Shown here: in pieces, positions 1 through 10,355 of the stretch
How positions within the stretch are numbered: position 1 is the stretch's first letter
How the letters are laid out: each line of letters opens with the position of its first letter
From: Escherichia coli
GTDB lineage: Bacteria > Pseudomonadota > Gammaproteobacteria > Enterobacterales > Enterobacteriaceae
Assembly: GCF_050920415.1 (NCBI RefSeq)
Contig: NZ_CP169309.1
DNA: 64,000 nt
Strand: one strand, 5' to 3'
Translations under genes and position numbers: made by a program
The notes under the pieces: generated by a model
The model's input: the letters and a program-made list of their open reading frames with translations, nothing else
Database searches by the model: none
Told to the model about the DNA's origin: nothing

Positions 1-312
1 GGCTGCGACCATTGGCCCCAACATCAGCGAAGTCACATCGCCGACGCCGCCGGTCGAGTGTTTATCAACAATCGGGCCATTCAGATGCAGGCTTTTCCAG
101 TCGAGAACGGTTCCTGAATCTCGCATCGCCATCGTCAGCGAGACACGCTCCGGCATTGTCATATCGTGGAAGAAAATGGTCATCGCGAGGGCGGCAATCT
201 GCCCTTCGGAGATAGTGTTGTCGCGAATACCGTTGATAAAGAAGCGAATTTCTTCATCGCTCAGCGCATGACCATCACGTTTTTTACGAATAATTTCTTG
301 TGCGAGAAACAA
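1..312 (-). CDS. deoA: Thymidine phosphorylase, N-terminal part; gene runs off the window edge; apparent TTG start at 310-312
   Basis: Reverse-strand translation reads [31 protein letters not shown]..., the recalled DeoA N-terminus; position immediately downstream of deoC. Confidence 0.85.
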
Positions 313-409
313 GGTAACCTCCCGTGGAATAAGTTTGAAGGCGTTGTTGCCAGATGGCGGATGTTGTTATTGCCTGATGCTGACCGCTTCTTATCCTGCC
401 TACACGGCA

Positions 410-455
410 ATCGTCCCGTAGGCCGGATAAGGCGTTCGCGCCGCATCCGGCATCC
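410..455. repeat. REP-type palindromic element in the deoC-deoA spacer
   Basis: GCCGGATAAGGCGTTCGCGCCGCATCCGGCA motif, typical of E. coli REP sequences. Confidence 0.6.
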
Positions 456-475
456 ACCCTCTGGCAAAAGGCAGC

Positions 476-1255
476 TTAGTAGCTGCTGGCGCTCTTACCG
501 TCGCCGTGGCCCAGCGCTTTCAGCAGGCTTGCCAGCAGGCTGGAAGCACCAAAGCGGTAGTGACGCGCATCAGCCCAGTCAGCACCGAACAGTTCATCTG
601 CGATGGCAAGATATTTCTGCGCATCTTCCGCAGTACGCACGCCGCCCGCCGGTTTGAAACCAACGGTTTTTTCTACGCCCATGTCGCGAATCACTTCCAT
701 CATGATGCGCGCGCTTTCCGGCGTCGCATTCACAGCCACTTTACCGGTAGAGGTTTTGATGAAATCAGCACCCGCTTTGATGGATATTTCAGACGCTTTG
801 CGGATCAGCGCTTCGTCTTTCAGTTCGCCGGTTTCGATGATCACTTTCAGCAGTACATTCGCTGCCGCGCAAGCCTCTTTACAGGCTTTCACCAGGTCAA
901 AACCTACCTGCTCGTTACCCGCCATCAGCGCACGGTACGGGAACACCACATCAACTTCATCGGCACCGTAGGCGATTGCCGCGCGGGTTTCGGCCAGCGC
1001 GATTTCGATATCGTCGTTACCGTGTGGGAAGTTGGTTACCGTAGCGATACGGATTTCCGGGGTACCCTGCTCTTTCAGCGTTTTGCGAGCAATTGGGATA
1101 AAGCGAGGATAGATACAGATAGCGGCGGTATTGCCGACCGGAGTTTTGGCCTGATGACACAGGGCGATCACTTTCTCGTCGGTGTCGTCGTCATTCAGGG
1201 TGGTCAGGTCCATCAATTTCAGTGCACGCAGGCTGCTTGCTTTCAGATCAGTCAT
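476..1255 (-). CDS. deoC: Deoxyribose-phosphate aldolase (259 aa)
   Basis: ORF 476..1279 contains [33 protein letters not shown]...; start trimmed to the MTDLK methionine. Confidence 0.95.
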
Positions 1256-1299
1256 TTCATTCTCCTGGCTTGTCGCCAATAAAATTCACCTTGCGAGTT

Positions 1300-1315
1300 T
1301 GTTAGTATTCTAACA
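1300..1315. promoter_or_regulatory. DeoR operator O2 at deo promoter P2
   Basis: 16 bp palindrome TGTTAGTATTCTAACA (reverse complement TGTTAGAATACTAACA) about 45 bp upstream of the deoC start. Confidence 0.8.
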
Positions 1316-1513
1316 TCGACTCCGCAACACACTTCGATATACATCACAATTAAGGAAATCTACTTACAAAATTGCATTACTGTAATGCGATCTGGTTCAA
1401 ATAATTCACTTTCAAATGAATGCGTCAGTGGTGGCAAACGCATCAGGATCAAAGTGAACATCACGAAACTTCTTACAATGGCGCATCACCTTCGGCATAA
1501 AAAGGAACAGAAG

Positions 1514-3064
1514 ATGCCCACTTCTCATGAAAATGCACTGCAACAACGTTGCCAGCAAATTGTCACCAGCTCAGTACTTAGCCCGGAGCAGAAGCGCCAT
1601 TTTCTGGCGCTGGAAGCAGAAAACAATCTGCCTTACCCACAGCTTCCTGCCGAAGCCCGCCGCGCGCTGGATGAAGGTGTAATCTGCGATATGTTTGAAG
1701 GTCATGCGCCGTATAAACCGCGCTATGTCTTACCCGATTACGCCCGTTTTTTGGCCAACGGTTCCGAATGGCTGGAGCTGGAAGGCGCAAAAGATCTTGA
1801 TGACGCACTCTCTCTGCTGACCATTCTTTACCACCACGTTCCTTCGGTCACATCGATGCCGGTCTACCTGGGGCAACTGGATGCGTTGTTGCAACCGTAT
1901 GTTAGAATTCTAACACAAGACGAGATCGATATTCGAATAAAACGTTTCTGGCGTTACCTCGACAGAACCCTGCCAGACGCCTTTATGCACGCCAATATTG
2001 GCCCATCTGATTCACCCATTACCCGTGCGATTTTACGCGCAGACGCAGAGCTGAAGCAGGTTTCACCGAACCTGACTTTTATCTACGATCCTGAAATCAC
2101 CCCTGATGACCTGCTGCTGGAAGTGGCGAAAAACATCTGTGAATGTAGCAAACCGCACATCGCCAACGGTCCCGTGCATGATAAAATTTTCACAAAAGGG
2201 AGCTACGGGATTGTGAGCTGTTACAACTCACTGCCGTTAGCGGGTGGTGGCAGTACGCTGGTACGCCTCAACCTGAAAGCCATTGCCGAGCGCAGTGAAT
2301 CGCTGGATGACTTCTTTACGCGCACTCTACCGCACTACTGCCAGCAGCAAATCGCCATCATCGATGCGCGGTGTGAATTCCTCTATCAACAATCACACTT
2401 CTTTGAGAATAGCTTCCTGGTGAAAGAAGGGCTGATTAACCCTGAACGTTTTGTGCCAATGTTTGGCATGTATGGGCTGGCGGAAGCGGTTAACTTGCTG
2501 TGTGAAAAAGAAGGAATTGCCGCACGTTACGGTAAAGAAGCCGCCGCAAATGAAGTGGGTTATCGCATTAGCGCGCAACTGGCGGAGTTTGTCGCCAATA
2601 CCCCCGTGAAATATGGCTGGCAAAAACGCGCCATGTTACACGCACAGTCGGGGATAAGTTCCGATATCGGCACCACGCCGGGCGCGCGTTTGCCGTATGG
2701 CGATGAGCCAGATCCGATCACCCATCTGCAAACTGTCGCCCCGCATCATGCTTATTATTATTCCGGCATCAGCGACATTTTGACGCTCGACGAAACCATC
2801 AAACGTAATCCGCAGGCGCTGGTACAGCTTTGCCTCGGTGCCTTTAAAGCCGGAATGCGTGAATTTACCGCCAATGTCAGCGGTAACGATCTGGTTCGCG
2901 TTACCGGTTATATGGTGCGTTTGTCGGATTTAGAAAAATATCGTGCCGAAGGTTCACGTACCAATACCACCTGGCTGGGAGAAGAAGCCGCACGCAACAC
3001 TCGTATTCTGGAACGCCAGCCGCGCGTTATAAGCCATGAACAGCAGATGCGCTTTAGTCAGTAA
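1514..3064 (+). CDS. yjjI: Glycyl-radical-enzyme-like protein YjjI (516 aa), divergent from deoC
   Basis: ORF 1385..3064; start placed at [11 protein letters not shown] to give 516 aa; conserved position between deoC and yjjW. Confidence 0.8.
   Translation: MPTSHENALQQRCQQIVTSSVLSPEQKRHFLALEAENNLPYPQLPAEARRALDEGVICDMFEGHAPYKPRYVLPDYARFLANGSEWLELEGAKDLDDALSLLTILYHHVPSVTSMPVYLGQLDALLQPYVRILTQDEIDIRIKRFWRYLDRTLPDAFMHANIGPSDSPITRAILRADAELKQVSPNLTFIYDPEITPDDLLLEVAKNICECSKPHIANGPVHDKIFTKGSYGIVSCYNSLPLAGGGSTLVRLNLKAIAERSESLDDFFTRTLPHYCQQQIAIIDARCEFLYQQSHFFENSFLVKEGLINPERFVPMFGMYGLAEAVNLLCEKEGIAARYGKEAAANEVGYRISAQLAEFVANTPVKYGWQKRAMLHAQSGISSDIGTTPGARLPYGDEPDPITHLQTVAPHHAYYYSGISDILTLDETIKRNPQALVQLCLGAFKAGMREFTANVSGNDLVRVTGYMVRLSDLEKYRAEGSRTNTTWLGEEAARNTRILERQPRVISHEQQMRFSQ
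1900..1915. promoter_or_regulatory. DeoR operator O1 at deo promoter P1, lying inside the yjjI coding region
   Basis: Perfect palindrome TGTTAGAATTCTAACA, centre 600 bp from O2, matching the known ~599 bp O1-O2 spacing. Confidence 0.8.
2179..2194. promoter_or_regulatory. Candidate DeoR distal operator OE
   Basis: TGATAAAATTTTCACA, 12/16 match to the DeoR palindrome, centre 879 bp from O2 (literature places OE 878 bp upstream). Confidence 0.55.
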
Positions 3065-3899
3065 GATTATCCCCTTCTCCTGCGTTGACGGGCCAGGCAG
3101 TCGTCTGGCTCTGTTTTTACAGGGCTGCAATCTGCGCTGCAAAAACTGTCACAATCCGTGGACGATGGGGCGCTGTAATGATTGCGGTAAGTGCGTGCCA
3201 CAGTGTCCGCATCAGGCGTTGCAGATTATTAACAGCAAAGTAGTGTGGAACGCAGCCGTCTGCGAGCAGTGTGATACCTGTCTGAAGATGTGTCCGCAAC
3301 ATGCCACGCCGATGGCGCAATCCATGAGCGTGGATGAGGTGCTTAGACATATCCGCAAAGCGGTGCTGTTTATCGAAGGGATAACGGTAAGCGGCGGCGA
3401 AGCCACGACCCAGCTGCCGTTTGTGGTGGCGCTGTTTACTGCCATCAAAAACGATCCGCAACTGTGCCATCTCACCTGTCTGGTGGACAGTAACGGCATG
3501 TTGAGCGAAACCGGCTGGGAAAAATTACTCCCAGTGTGCGACGGCGCGATGCTCGACCTCAAAGCGTGGGGTGGCGCGTGCCATCAACAGCTAACCGGAC
3601 GCGATAATCAGCAGATCAAGCGCAGCATTAGTCTGCTTGCCGAGCGCGGCAAACTGGCAGAACTGCGTTTGCTGGTAATCCCAGGCCACGTGGATTATTT
3701 GCAGCATATCGATGAGCTGGCGGCGTTTATCAAGGGTCTTGGCGATGTTCCGGTACGCCTGAACGCGTTTCATGCTCACGGCGTGTATGGCGAGGCGCAA
3801 AGCTGGGCGAGCGCCACGCCGGAAGACGTTGAGCAATTGGCTGATGCGTTACGGGAGCACGGGGTGAGCCGATTAATATTTCCGGCGCTGTATTTGTGA
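3036..3899 (+). CDS. yjjW: Glycyl-radical enzyme activating protein (radical SAM, 287 aa)
   Basis: Cys-rich N-terminus [27 protein letters not shown] and ferredoxin-like CxxC clusters; follows yjjI. Confidence 0.8.
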   Translation: MNSRCALVSKIIPFSCVDGPGSRLALFLQGCNLRCKNCHNPWTMGRCNDCGKCVPQCPHQALQIINSKVVWNAAVCEQCDTCLKMCPQHATPMAQSMSVDEVLRHIRKAVLFIEGITVSGGEATTQLPFVVALFTAIKNDPQLCHLTCLVDSNGMLSETGWEKLLPVCDGAMLDLKAWGGACHQQLTGRDNQQIKRSISLLAERGKLAELRLLVIPGHVDYLQHIDELAAFIKGLGDVPVRLNAFHAHGVYGEAQSWASATPEDVEQLADALREHGVSRLIFPALYL

Positions 3900-4130
3900 C
3901 ATGGCGGATGCAGCCTACGGTTCGGCACAGACCTGTAGGCATGATAAGACGCGTCAGCGTCGCATCAGGCATTGTGCGTCGACTGCCGGATGCGGTGTGA
4001 CGCCTTATCCGGCTTACGGTTCGGCACAGACTTGTAGGCATGATAAGACGCGTCAGCGTCGCATCAGGCATTGTGCGTCGACTGCCGGATGCGGTGTGAA
4101 CGCCTTATCCGGCTTACGAAGGGCAGACTA
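3900..4130. repeat. Tandem REP/BIME array, two ~96 bp units
   Basis: Near-identical units at about 3925-4020 and 4021-4115, each carrying GCCGGATGCGGTGTGA(A)CGCCTTATCCGGC. Confidence 0.8.
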
Positions 4131-4910
4131 CCCACGAACGTTAAACACCGCATACGTGTTATTAAGCAACACTTCGGCAATCTCATCCGCGGGTTCCGGG
4201 CGTAACTCGCACAGCACGGCAAACACACGGGCGGCCTGTTCAGGGCGATTAGGCTGCCCCTGAAAACCATTGAGCGGCATATCTGGTGCGTCGGTCTCCA
4301 GCAACATCGATGCCAGCGGCAGCTTTGCGATGACATCGCGGGTTTTACTGGCGCGTGGATAGGTGATAGTACCGCCTACGCCAATTTTGTAGCCCAGCTG
4401 CACAAACCGTTCGGCCTGTTGCAGGCTGCCAGAAAAACCATGAACCACACCAGTGCGTGGCAAATTTTGGCGTTTAAGATGCATCGCCAGTTTGTCGTGC
4501 GTGCGCCGTGAATGAAGGATCACCGGCAGATCGTAGCGTTTCGCCAGTTTCAGTTGTTCATCAAGCAACCACTGCTGCCTCTCAAATTGCGGATCGTCAC
4601 CAAAGAGATCCAGGCCGATCTCCCCCACCGCCACCACCTTCGTCGGACGTCTTCCCAACGCCTGCTGTAACTGATCCAGCGATGCATCGTTATGTTTTTC
4701 CAACATCCCCGGATGGAACCCTAAAGCGGCATACAGCGGTTGATAATTTTCCGCTAACGCCTGCACGCGGGCAAAATTTGCCGCCTCGGTGGCCGGAACA
4801 ATGATCTTGCCTACGCCCGCTTGTGCCGCGCGTTGCAGGCTGGCCTCTTCATCGCCACTAAACGGCGGGAAATCAAAATGGCAGTGGGTGTCGATAAAAC
4901 GGCAAATCAA
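4128..4910 (-). CDS. yjjV: TatD-family metal-dependent hydrolase/DNase
   Basis: MICRFIDTHCHFDFPPF... with the TatD HxH motif; conserved synteny. Confidence 0.85.
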   Translation of the reverse strand: MICRFIDTHCHFDFPPFSGDEEASLQRAAQAGVGKIIVPATEAANFARVQALAENYQPLYAALGFHPGMLEKHNDASLDQLQQALGRRPTKVVAVGEIGLDLFGDDPQFERQQWLLDEQLKLAKRYDLPVILHSRRTHDKLAMHLKRQNLPRTGVVHGFSGSLQQAERFVQLGYKIGVGGTITYPRASKTRDVIAKLPLASMLLETDAPDMPLNGFQGQPNRPEQAARVFAVLCELRPEPADEIAEVLLNNTYAVFNVRG

Positions 4911-6016
4911 GCCAAATCCTCATTGTTAAATGTCGGGTCGTTCGCCTGTGGAGCGTCTATCACCTCGGTAACCAGCGTATCGTTGGCGACGGGTGCAGGC
5001 GGAATAACGATCGACTCCGGCGTCACCACCGGCACCAGATGGCGGCTCAGCGGCGCTTTTTCAGTCAATAACTTACCGACCGTTGCCAGAAAATAACGCC
5101 CGCATAAACGCCCAAGTTTATAGTCTTCACGCAGCGCCGGAATCCGACTGCCGAGCGCGATACTATGTAATGGCTTCGGCGGATAAATTTCGAATATCCT
5201 CAACTGGCCCGGTGGTTTCTCAATAAATTGCTGAATCTCACGATAGCTGGTTTCATGATGCTGCACCAGATTGACCAGCGGCTGCAGGCTACTGTCACCC
5301 AGCCAGCGTTCCATGCGTTTGAACCACTGCGGCGTATAGTACATTTGTGACGGCACAGTGCGGATAACGACCAACGTTTTTGCGCCCTGCCTTGCCGCCT
5401 CTTTAACCGGGATCGCATCACTGATCCCGCCATCCAGGTAATTAATGCCTTCCAGCGACACTCCGCTACGATAAAAGCCAGGTATTGCACTGGAGGCGCG
5501 AATCACATCCAGCCAGTTTTGTTTGGTTGGTAAAAAGTAATTCGGCGCGTAGTCATCCTGACGACAGGCGCACATATAAAACGATTTGCCGCTGTCAAAT
5601 AGCCGCGCTGCGGTGTCCATTTGCAACGGCATCTGGCTTGCGGTGGCCTCCACCAGCCAGTCGAGATCGATAAGATTTCCTCCACGGACAAAGCGCAATG
5701 GATCGAAAAATTCGCGTTTTGTGGTATAGCGCATGATGACTTTGCGCGCGTAACCGGGCTGATTGCAGATATACGCCGAGAGGTTCTGCGCCCCGGCAGA
5801 TGTGCCGAGATAAAGATCGAAAGGATTAAACTGCGCGCGCATAAACTCATCCAGCACGCCAGCTGTGAAAATTCCACGCTGCCCGCCGCCTTCGCACACC
5901 AGAGCTATTCGTCCAGGCTGGAACGGCCTTAGCGACAACGGCGCAATATTACCAAGCGTTACAGGTATTCGCTGCCCCACCTCTGCCTTCCTGTTTTTGT
6001 TGTGAAAGAATGACAA
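4907..6016 (-). CDS. yjjU: Patatin-like phospholipase; true start may lie a few codons inside this ORF
   Basis: GGGQRGIF and GTSAGA patatin motifs in the translation. Confidence 0.8.
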   Translation of the reverse strand: MSFFHNKNRKAEVGQRIPVTLGNIAPLSLRPFQPGRIALVCEGGGQRGIFTAGVLDEFMRAQFNPFDLYLGTSAGAQNLSAYICNQPGYARKVIMRYTTKREFFDPLRFVRGGNLIDLDWLVEATASQMPLQMDTAARLFDSGKSFYMCACRQDDYAPNYFLPTKQNWLDVIRASSAIPGFYRSGVSLEGINYLDGGISDAIPVKEAARQGAKTLVVIRTVPSQMYYTPQWFKRMERWLGDSSLQPLVNLVQHHETSYREIQQFIEKPPGQLRIFEIYPPKPLHSIALGSRIPALREDYKLGRLCGRYFLATVGKLLTEKAPLSRHLVPVVTPESIVIPPAPVANDTLVTEVIDAPQANDPTFNNEDLA

Positions 6017-6101
6017 AGTAACGCAATTTATTATTCGCTAAAACCGCAAAAGCCAGTCCGCTGGACTGGCTTTGGATAAAATTTTCTTAATGGTCTGAAA
6101 T

Positions 6102-6263
6102 CTAGGGTCGTTTTCGGCCCATGAACAAACTCACCAGGAACAGAATAATCCCGACGACAAAGACAATTTTAGCTGCGCCTGCAGCAGTACCGGCCAGACC
6201 ACCAAACCCAAGTGCGGCGGCGATTAACGCGATAACCAGAAATATGATGCCCCAACGAAACAT
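6102..6263 (-). CDS. ytjA: Small DUF1328 membrane protein (53 aa)
   Basis: [53 protein letters not shown]. Confidence 0.8.
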
Positions 6264-6391
6264 ATAAGCGTCTCCTTTACCATAGTTAATGTCACCGCTT
6301 GATATGAGCGTGAAAATCACTCAATGCGATATTTTTAGTGTGGTGCACATCGCGCCTCCCGACAAAGTTCGGGAGGACGAATTACGACGAA

Positions 6392-6997
6392 TTACTTAGT
6401 TTTCAGATCATTTTTAACGCTTTTCACACCATCTACCGCTTTGGCGATACTTTCAGCACGGTCACTTTGTGCCTGAGAATCTACGGTACCGGAGAGCTGA
6501 ACCACGCCATCGGTGGTTTCAACTTTCACTTTACGTGAAGGGACGATATCGTCCGCCAGCAGCTTAGCTTTGATTTCACTGGTGGTGGCGGTGTCACCCG
6601 CGTAGCCCTTCACAGAGCCTTCTTTAGCGTCGCGAACGTGCAGTTTGTCGCTGACAGAGGTCACGCCTTCAACGCCTTTCGCCACTTTCACTGCCTCTTC
6701 GGCCTGGGCCTGGCTTTCAACGAAACCGCTCAGGGTCACGACTTTTTGATCGGTTTTGACAGAGATATCGGTGCTCTTGATGTTGTCATGATCCACCAGG
6801 GCCGCCTTCACTTTCGCGGTGATAGCGCTGTCATCCATGAAATTACCGACTTTATTCATAGAGCTATCGACTTTTTGCCCTGCGCTTTCATTGGTTGTCT
6901 GCGCGTTGTTTTCTGCGTAGGCAGAGCCGGTCGCGACGGCAGAGGTCAACATTACAGCCAGCAGAGTTTTCGAAATCTTCAGTCTTGTCATAGTCAT
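6392..6997 (-). CDS. osmY: Osmotically inducible periplasmic protein OsmY (two BON domains)
   Basis: [28 protein letters not shown] signal peptide followed by BON repeats. Confidence 0.9.
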   Translation of the reverse strand: MTMTRLKISKTLLAVMLTSAVATGSAYAENNAQTTNESAGQKVDSSMNKVGNFMDDSAITAKVKAALVDHDNIKSTDISVKTDQKVVTLSGFVESQAQAEEAVKVAKGVEGVTSVSDKLHVRDAKEGSVKGYAGDTATTSEIKAKLLADDIVPSRKVKVETTDGVVQLSGTVDSQAQSDRAESIAKAVDGVKSVKNDLKTK

Positions 6998-7389
6998 CGA
7001 TTTATTCCTGTATGTTTGCTCGTAATTTGAGCCTGGCAACACGAGGTTGCATTGCTGAATAGGGAGAGACTTCACCCTCTACAGAAGTCAACGGTCTCCA
7101 TCACAAAATCGATGGGTGATGAATAACGACCATTACAGCCTCTGAATCAGTTATTAATATCGGTAGAATGACAATCGACGGCTTTAGATACTGATATCTA
7201 CGCATTGAACGGTATTTAACGCCGTCAGAAATGTCATTACTTTGTTAAATATAGATCACAATTTTGAAACCGCTCGGGATATCAGCGAAAACATAAGCAA
7301 AAGTGAATGTTTTAAGAACATTCCGTAAGCGGCTAATAAGGAAGGGAAATTGACAGGGCGCAGCGGCTACCGCGCCCTGGAGGCAAGAA

Positions 7390-8976
7390 TTAATGCTCGC
7401 GAGTCTGGTGGAACTGAACGTCCGGATAACGTTCCTGTGCCAGGCGCAGGTTGACCATGCTGGTAGCGATGTAAGCGAGGTTATCGCCGCCATCAAGCGC
7501 CAGTTGGCTTTCGTTCTTACGCTTGAACTCTTCGAATTTCTTCGCGTCCGCACATTCTACCCAGCGTGCAGTGGCAACGTTGACTGACTCATACACTGCT
7601 TCAACGTTGTATTCGCTCTTCAGGCGCGCTACCACCACATCAAACTGCAGCACACCAACCGCACCAACGATCAGGTCGTTGTTGGAGATCGGACGGAACA
7701 CCTGCACCGCGCCCTCTTCGGAAAGCTGTACCAGCCCTTTGAGCAGCTGTTTTTGCTTCAGCGGATCTTTCAGGCGGATACGACGGAACAGTTCCGGCGC
7801 AAAGTTCGGGATACCGGTGAACTTCATCATCTCACCCTGGGTAAAGGTGTCGCCGATCTGAATAGTGCCGTGGTTGTGCAGACCAAGGATGTCGCCCGGA
7901 TACGCTTCTTCAACATGCGAACGGTCGCCCGCCATAAAGGTCAGCGCGTCGGAGATCACCACATCTTTCGCGGTGCGCACCTGGCGCAGCTTCATACCTT
8001 TTTCATATTTACCAGATACCACACGCATAAACGCCACGCGGTCGCGGTGTTTCGGGTCCATGTTGGCCTGAATTTTAAATACGAAGCCGGTAAATTTATC
8101 TTCGCTCGCCTCTACGATACGGGTATCAGTCTGACGCGGCATCGGCGCAGGTGCCCACTCTACCAGGCCATCCAGCATATGATCGACGCCGAAGTTACCC
8201 AGCGCAGTACCAAAGAACACTGGAGTAATTTCGCCCGCAAGGAACAATTCTTTGTCGAACTCGTTAGACGCGCCTTTCACCAGTTCCAGTTCGTCACGCA
8301 GCTGCTGTGCCAGATCTTCACCAACCGCAGCATCGAGATCCGGGTTATTCAGCCCTTTAACAATACGGACTTCCTGAATGGTGTGACCTTTACCGCTCTG
8401 ATAGAGATAGGTTTCGTCTTTATAAAGGTGGTAAACGCCTTTAAACAGCTTGCCGCAGCCAATCGGCCAGGTGATCGGCGCACAGCCGATTTTCAGCTCG
8501 TTCTCAACTTCATCGAGCAGCTCCATCGGATCGCGGATATCACGGTCAAGTTTGTTCATAAAGGTGAGGATCGGCGTATCGCGCAGACGGGTAACTTCCA
8601 TCAGCTTACGGGTACGATCTTCAACACCTTTTGCGGCGTCGATAACCATCAGGCAGCAGTCCACCGCCGTCAGGGTACGATAGGTATCTTCCGAGAAGTC
8701 TTCGTGCCCGGGGGTGTCGAGCAGGTTAACCAGGCAGTCGTGATACGGAAACTGCATCACAGACGTGGTAATGGAGATCCCACGCTGCTTTTCCATCTCC
8801 ATCCAGTCCGACTTAGCGTGCTGGTTGGAACCACGGCCTTTTACTGTACCGGCAGTCTGAATGGCCTGTCCGAACAGCAGCACCTTCTCGGTGATGGTCG
8901 TTTTACCGGCGTCCGGGTGAGAAATAATTGCAAAGGTTCTTCTTTTCGCTACCTCTGCGGCCAAAAGGCTTGTCAT
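7390..8976 (-). CDS. prfC: Peptide chain release factor 3, with a prophage-supplied 5' end
   Basis: [21 protein letters not shown]... GTPase matches RF3; N-terminus [13 protein letters not shown] differs from the native [14 protein letters not shown] remnant found at 56518-56564. Confidence 0.9.
   Translation of the reverse strand: MTSLLAAEVAKRRTFAIISHPDAGKTTITEKVLLFGQAIQTAGTVKGRGSNQHAKSDWMEMEKQRGISITTSVMQFPYHDCLVNLLDTPGHEDFSEDTYRTLTAVDCCLMVIDAAKGVEDRTRKLMEVTRLRDTPILTFMNKLDRDIRDPMELLDEVENELKIGCAPITWPIGCGKLFKGVYHLYKDETYLYQSGKGHTIQEVRIVKGLNNPDLDAAVGEDLAQQLRDELELVKGASNEFDKELFLAGEITPVFFGTALGNFGVDHMLDGLVEWAPAPMPRQTDTRIVEASEDKFTGFVFKIQANMDPKHRDRVAFMRVVSGKYEKGMKLRQVRTAKDVVISDALTFMAGDRSHVEEAYPGDILGLHNHGTIQIGDTFTQGEMMKFTGIPNFAPELFRRIRLKDPLKQKQLLKGLVQLSEEGAVQVFRPISNNDLIVGAVGVLQFDVVVARLKSEYNVEAVYESVNVATARWVECADAKKFEEFKRKNESQLALDGGDNLAYIATSMVNLRLAQERYPDVQFHQTREH
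8915..8928. repeat. Attachment-site core, prfC-proximal junction
   Basis: GGGTGAGAAATAAT identical to 56500-56513, extendable to ~20 bp with one mismatch; lies where the prfC coding sequence changes. Confidence 0.75.
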
Positions 8977-8992
8977 AATTGTTGTCTCTTTG

Positions 8993-9015
8993 ATTATGTA
9001 CAATCATATGTACAA
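8993..9015. repeat. Candidate integrase arm-type binding repeat, left arm
   Basis: ATTATGTACAATCATATGTACAA; near-identical copy at 56314-56335; further TGTACA motifs nearby. Confidence 0.45.
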
Positions 9016-9136
9016 AGAAAAATTCATGCCGCTGATTGTACATTTTGGAGGTATCAGAGCATAGCAGAACATGATCAGTAGGTGTATTTGTAGCCAAAGA
9101 ACATTTGTACATGCAGCAATCTTTACTCTATTGACA

Positions 9137-9180
9137 CTGTTTATTCATACAGTAAAAAATAGTGCTGTATACAAATACAG
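9137..9180. promoter_or_regulatory. Two LexA (SOS) boxes overlapping the promoter of the dinI-like gene
   Basis: CTGTTTATTCATACAG (9137-9152) and CTGTATACAAATACAG (9165-9180) fit CTGT-N8-ACAG; TTGACA at 9131-9136. Confidence 0.6.
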
Positions 9181-9195
9181 TATAGAGGGATTTTT

Positions 9196-9444
9196 ATGCG
9201 TATTGAGATCTGCATAGCCAAAGAGAAAATGACTAAAATGCCAAGCGGTGCTGTTGATGCGTTAAAGGAAGAATTAACTCGGCGCATCAGTAAGCGTTAT
9301 GACGATGTAGAAGTAATCGTAAAAGCCACCAGCAATGACGGGCTTTCTGTTACACGCACCGCAGATAAGGATTCTGCAAAAACATTTGTTCAGGAGACTC
9401 TGAAAGATACTTGGGAGTCTGCTGACGAGTGGTTTGTTCACTAA
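9196..9444 (+). CDS. DinI-like SOS-regulated protein (82 aa)
   Basis: MRIEICIAK...[16 protein letters not shown] resembles DinI (MRIEV...ETWESADDWFV); RBS AGAGGGA upstream. Confidence 0.75.
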   Translation: MRIEICIAKEKMTKMPSGAVDALKEELTRRISKRYDDVEVIVKATSNDGLSVTRTADKDSAKTFVQETLKDTWESADEWFVH

Positions 9445-9688
9445 TAGACACGTAAAATCGGTAACGGCTGGAAATAATTCAATACTCGCACTATCGGAAG
9501 TTCACCAGCCAGCCGCAGCACGTTCTTGCATACGACGTGCCTGCGGTTTCAACTCCCGCCAGCTCCACCACTTTTGATAGGACTGCAACCGGACAGCGGC
9601 AATAAAAACAGCCACTTACGGACACTGACCAGACAGTAAGCGGACTTAAAAAAGACAAAAATATACACGCAAAATGCACGTGCATTTC

Positions 9689-9724
9689 AAAAAAGCCTCT
9701 GATTGTGAAGTCAGAGGCTTTTCT
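9689..9724. terminator. Bidirectional intrinsic terminator between the dinI-like gene and tfa
   Basis: GCCTCTGA...TCAGAGGC hairpin flanked by an A-run and a T-run. Confidence 0.6.
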
Positions 9725-9768
9725 ATTTGTAACTAAGAGTAACAATTCAACATAACGCAACCTACCAA

Positions 9769-10341
9769 TTACGTCACGTCAAACGCTCTGATTGAACGCA
9801 AATCATCCAGATTATTCAGTTGTTCCTTCATCTCGCGCTGGCGTTCGTGGATTTTAAAGCCCTCCGCCACCATGGCCACCATCATGGCATCGTTCAGCGC
9901 AATAAGTTTCTCCCTGGTCAGTATGACGTTGTTATTATCCGCATCAGTCCAGAAAAAACCATCCGGAAGCAGCCCGGCCTGCGCTGTTGCAACCACGGGC
10001 GCAAGGCGTGACTGCGAGGTTTTTCCGCCATCAAAACGACGGCCATCAAACGTGAAAATAAACTCAACGTTTTCCTGACTGTCGCGCCATGCCTCAATTT
10101 CCCGCCTTTTGGCATCCTTTGCCGCTGCAATAAGTTCCGGCGTGACGGTGAACGGGGCGATTTCGCCCCATTTCCCGCTTTGCAGCTCCTGCCAGACATG
10201 CTGGCCTGTCGGGGCCATATCATCCTGTATGGCGGTATACAGGACGAACTCCGTTTCACCTTCAAATAACACCTCGCAGTCAACCGCACCATTTTCAAGA
10301 TAATGCGCGTTTCTGATGCCTTTCACCGCTCTGATTTTCAT
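9769..10341 (-). CDS. tfa: Tail fibre assembly protein
   Basis: 190 aa directly downstream of the side tail fibre gene; Tfa-like sequence. Confidence 0.75.
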   Translation of the reverse strand: MKIRAVKGIRNAHYLENGAVDCEVLFEGETEFVLYTAIQDDMAPTGQHVWQELQSGKWGEIAPFTVTPELIAAAKDAKRREIEAWRDSQENVEFIFTFDGRRFDGGKTSQSRLAPVVATAQAGLLPDGFFWTDADNNNVILTREKLIALNDAMMVAMVAEGFKIHERQREMKEQLNNLDDLRSIRAFDVT

Positions 10342-10355
10342 GTCTTATTTCCTTA

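Noticed and set aside
506-1282. ORF 506..1282 (+) and 603..971 (+) overlapping deoC
   Set aside because: Antisense to the strongly supported deoC gene; no independent support.
3900-4130. Insertion sequence or MITE at the tandem repeat
   Set aside because: The sequence matches REP/BIME palindromic units and the overlapping ORFs 3730..4071 and 3901..4263 are repeat-derived artefacts; no transposase.
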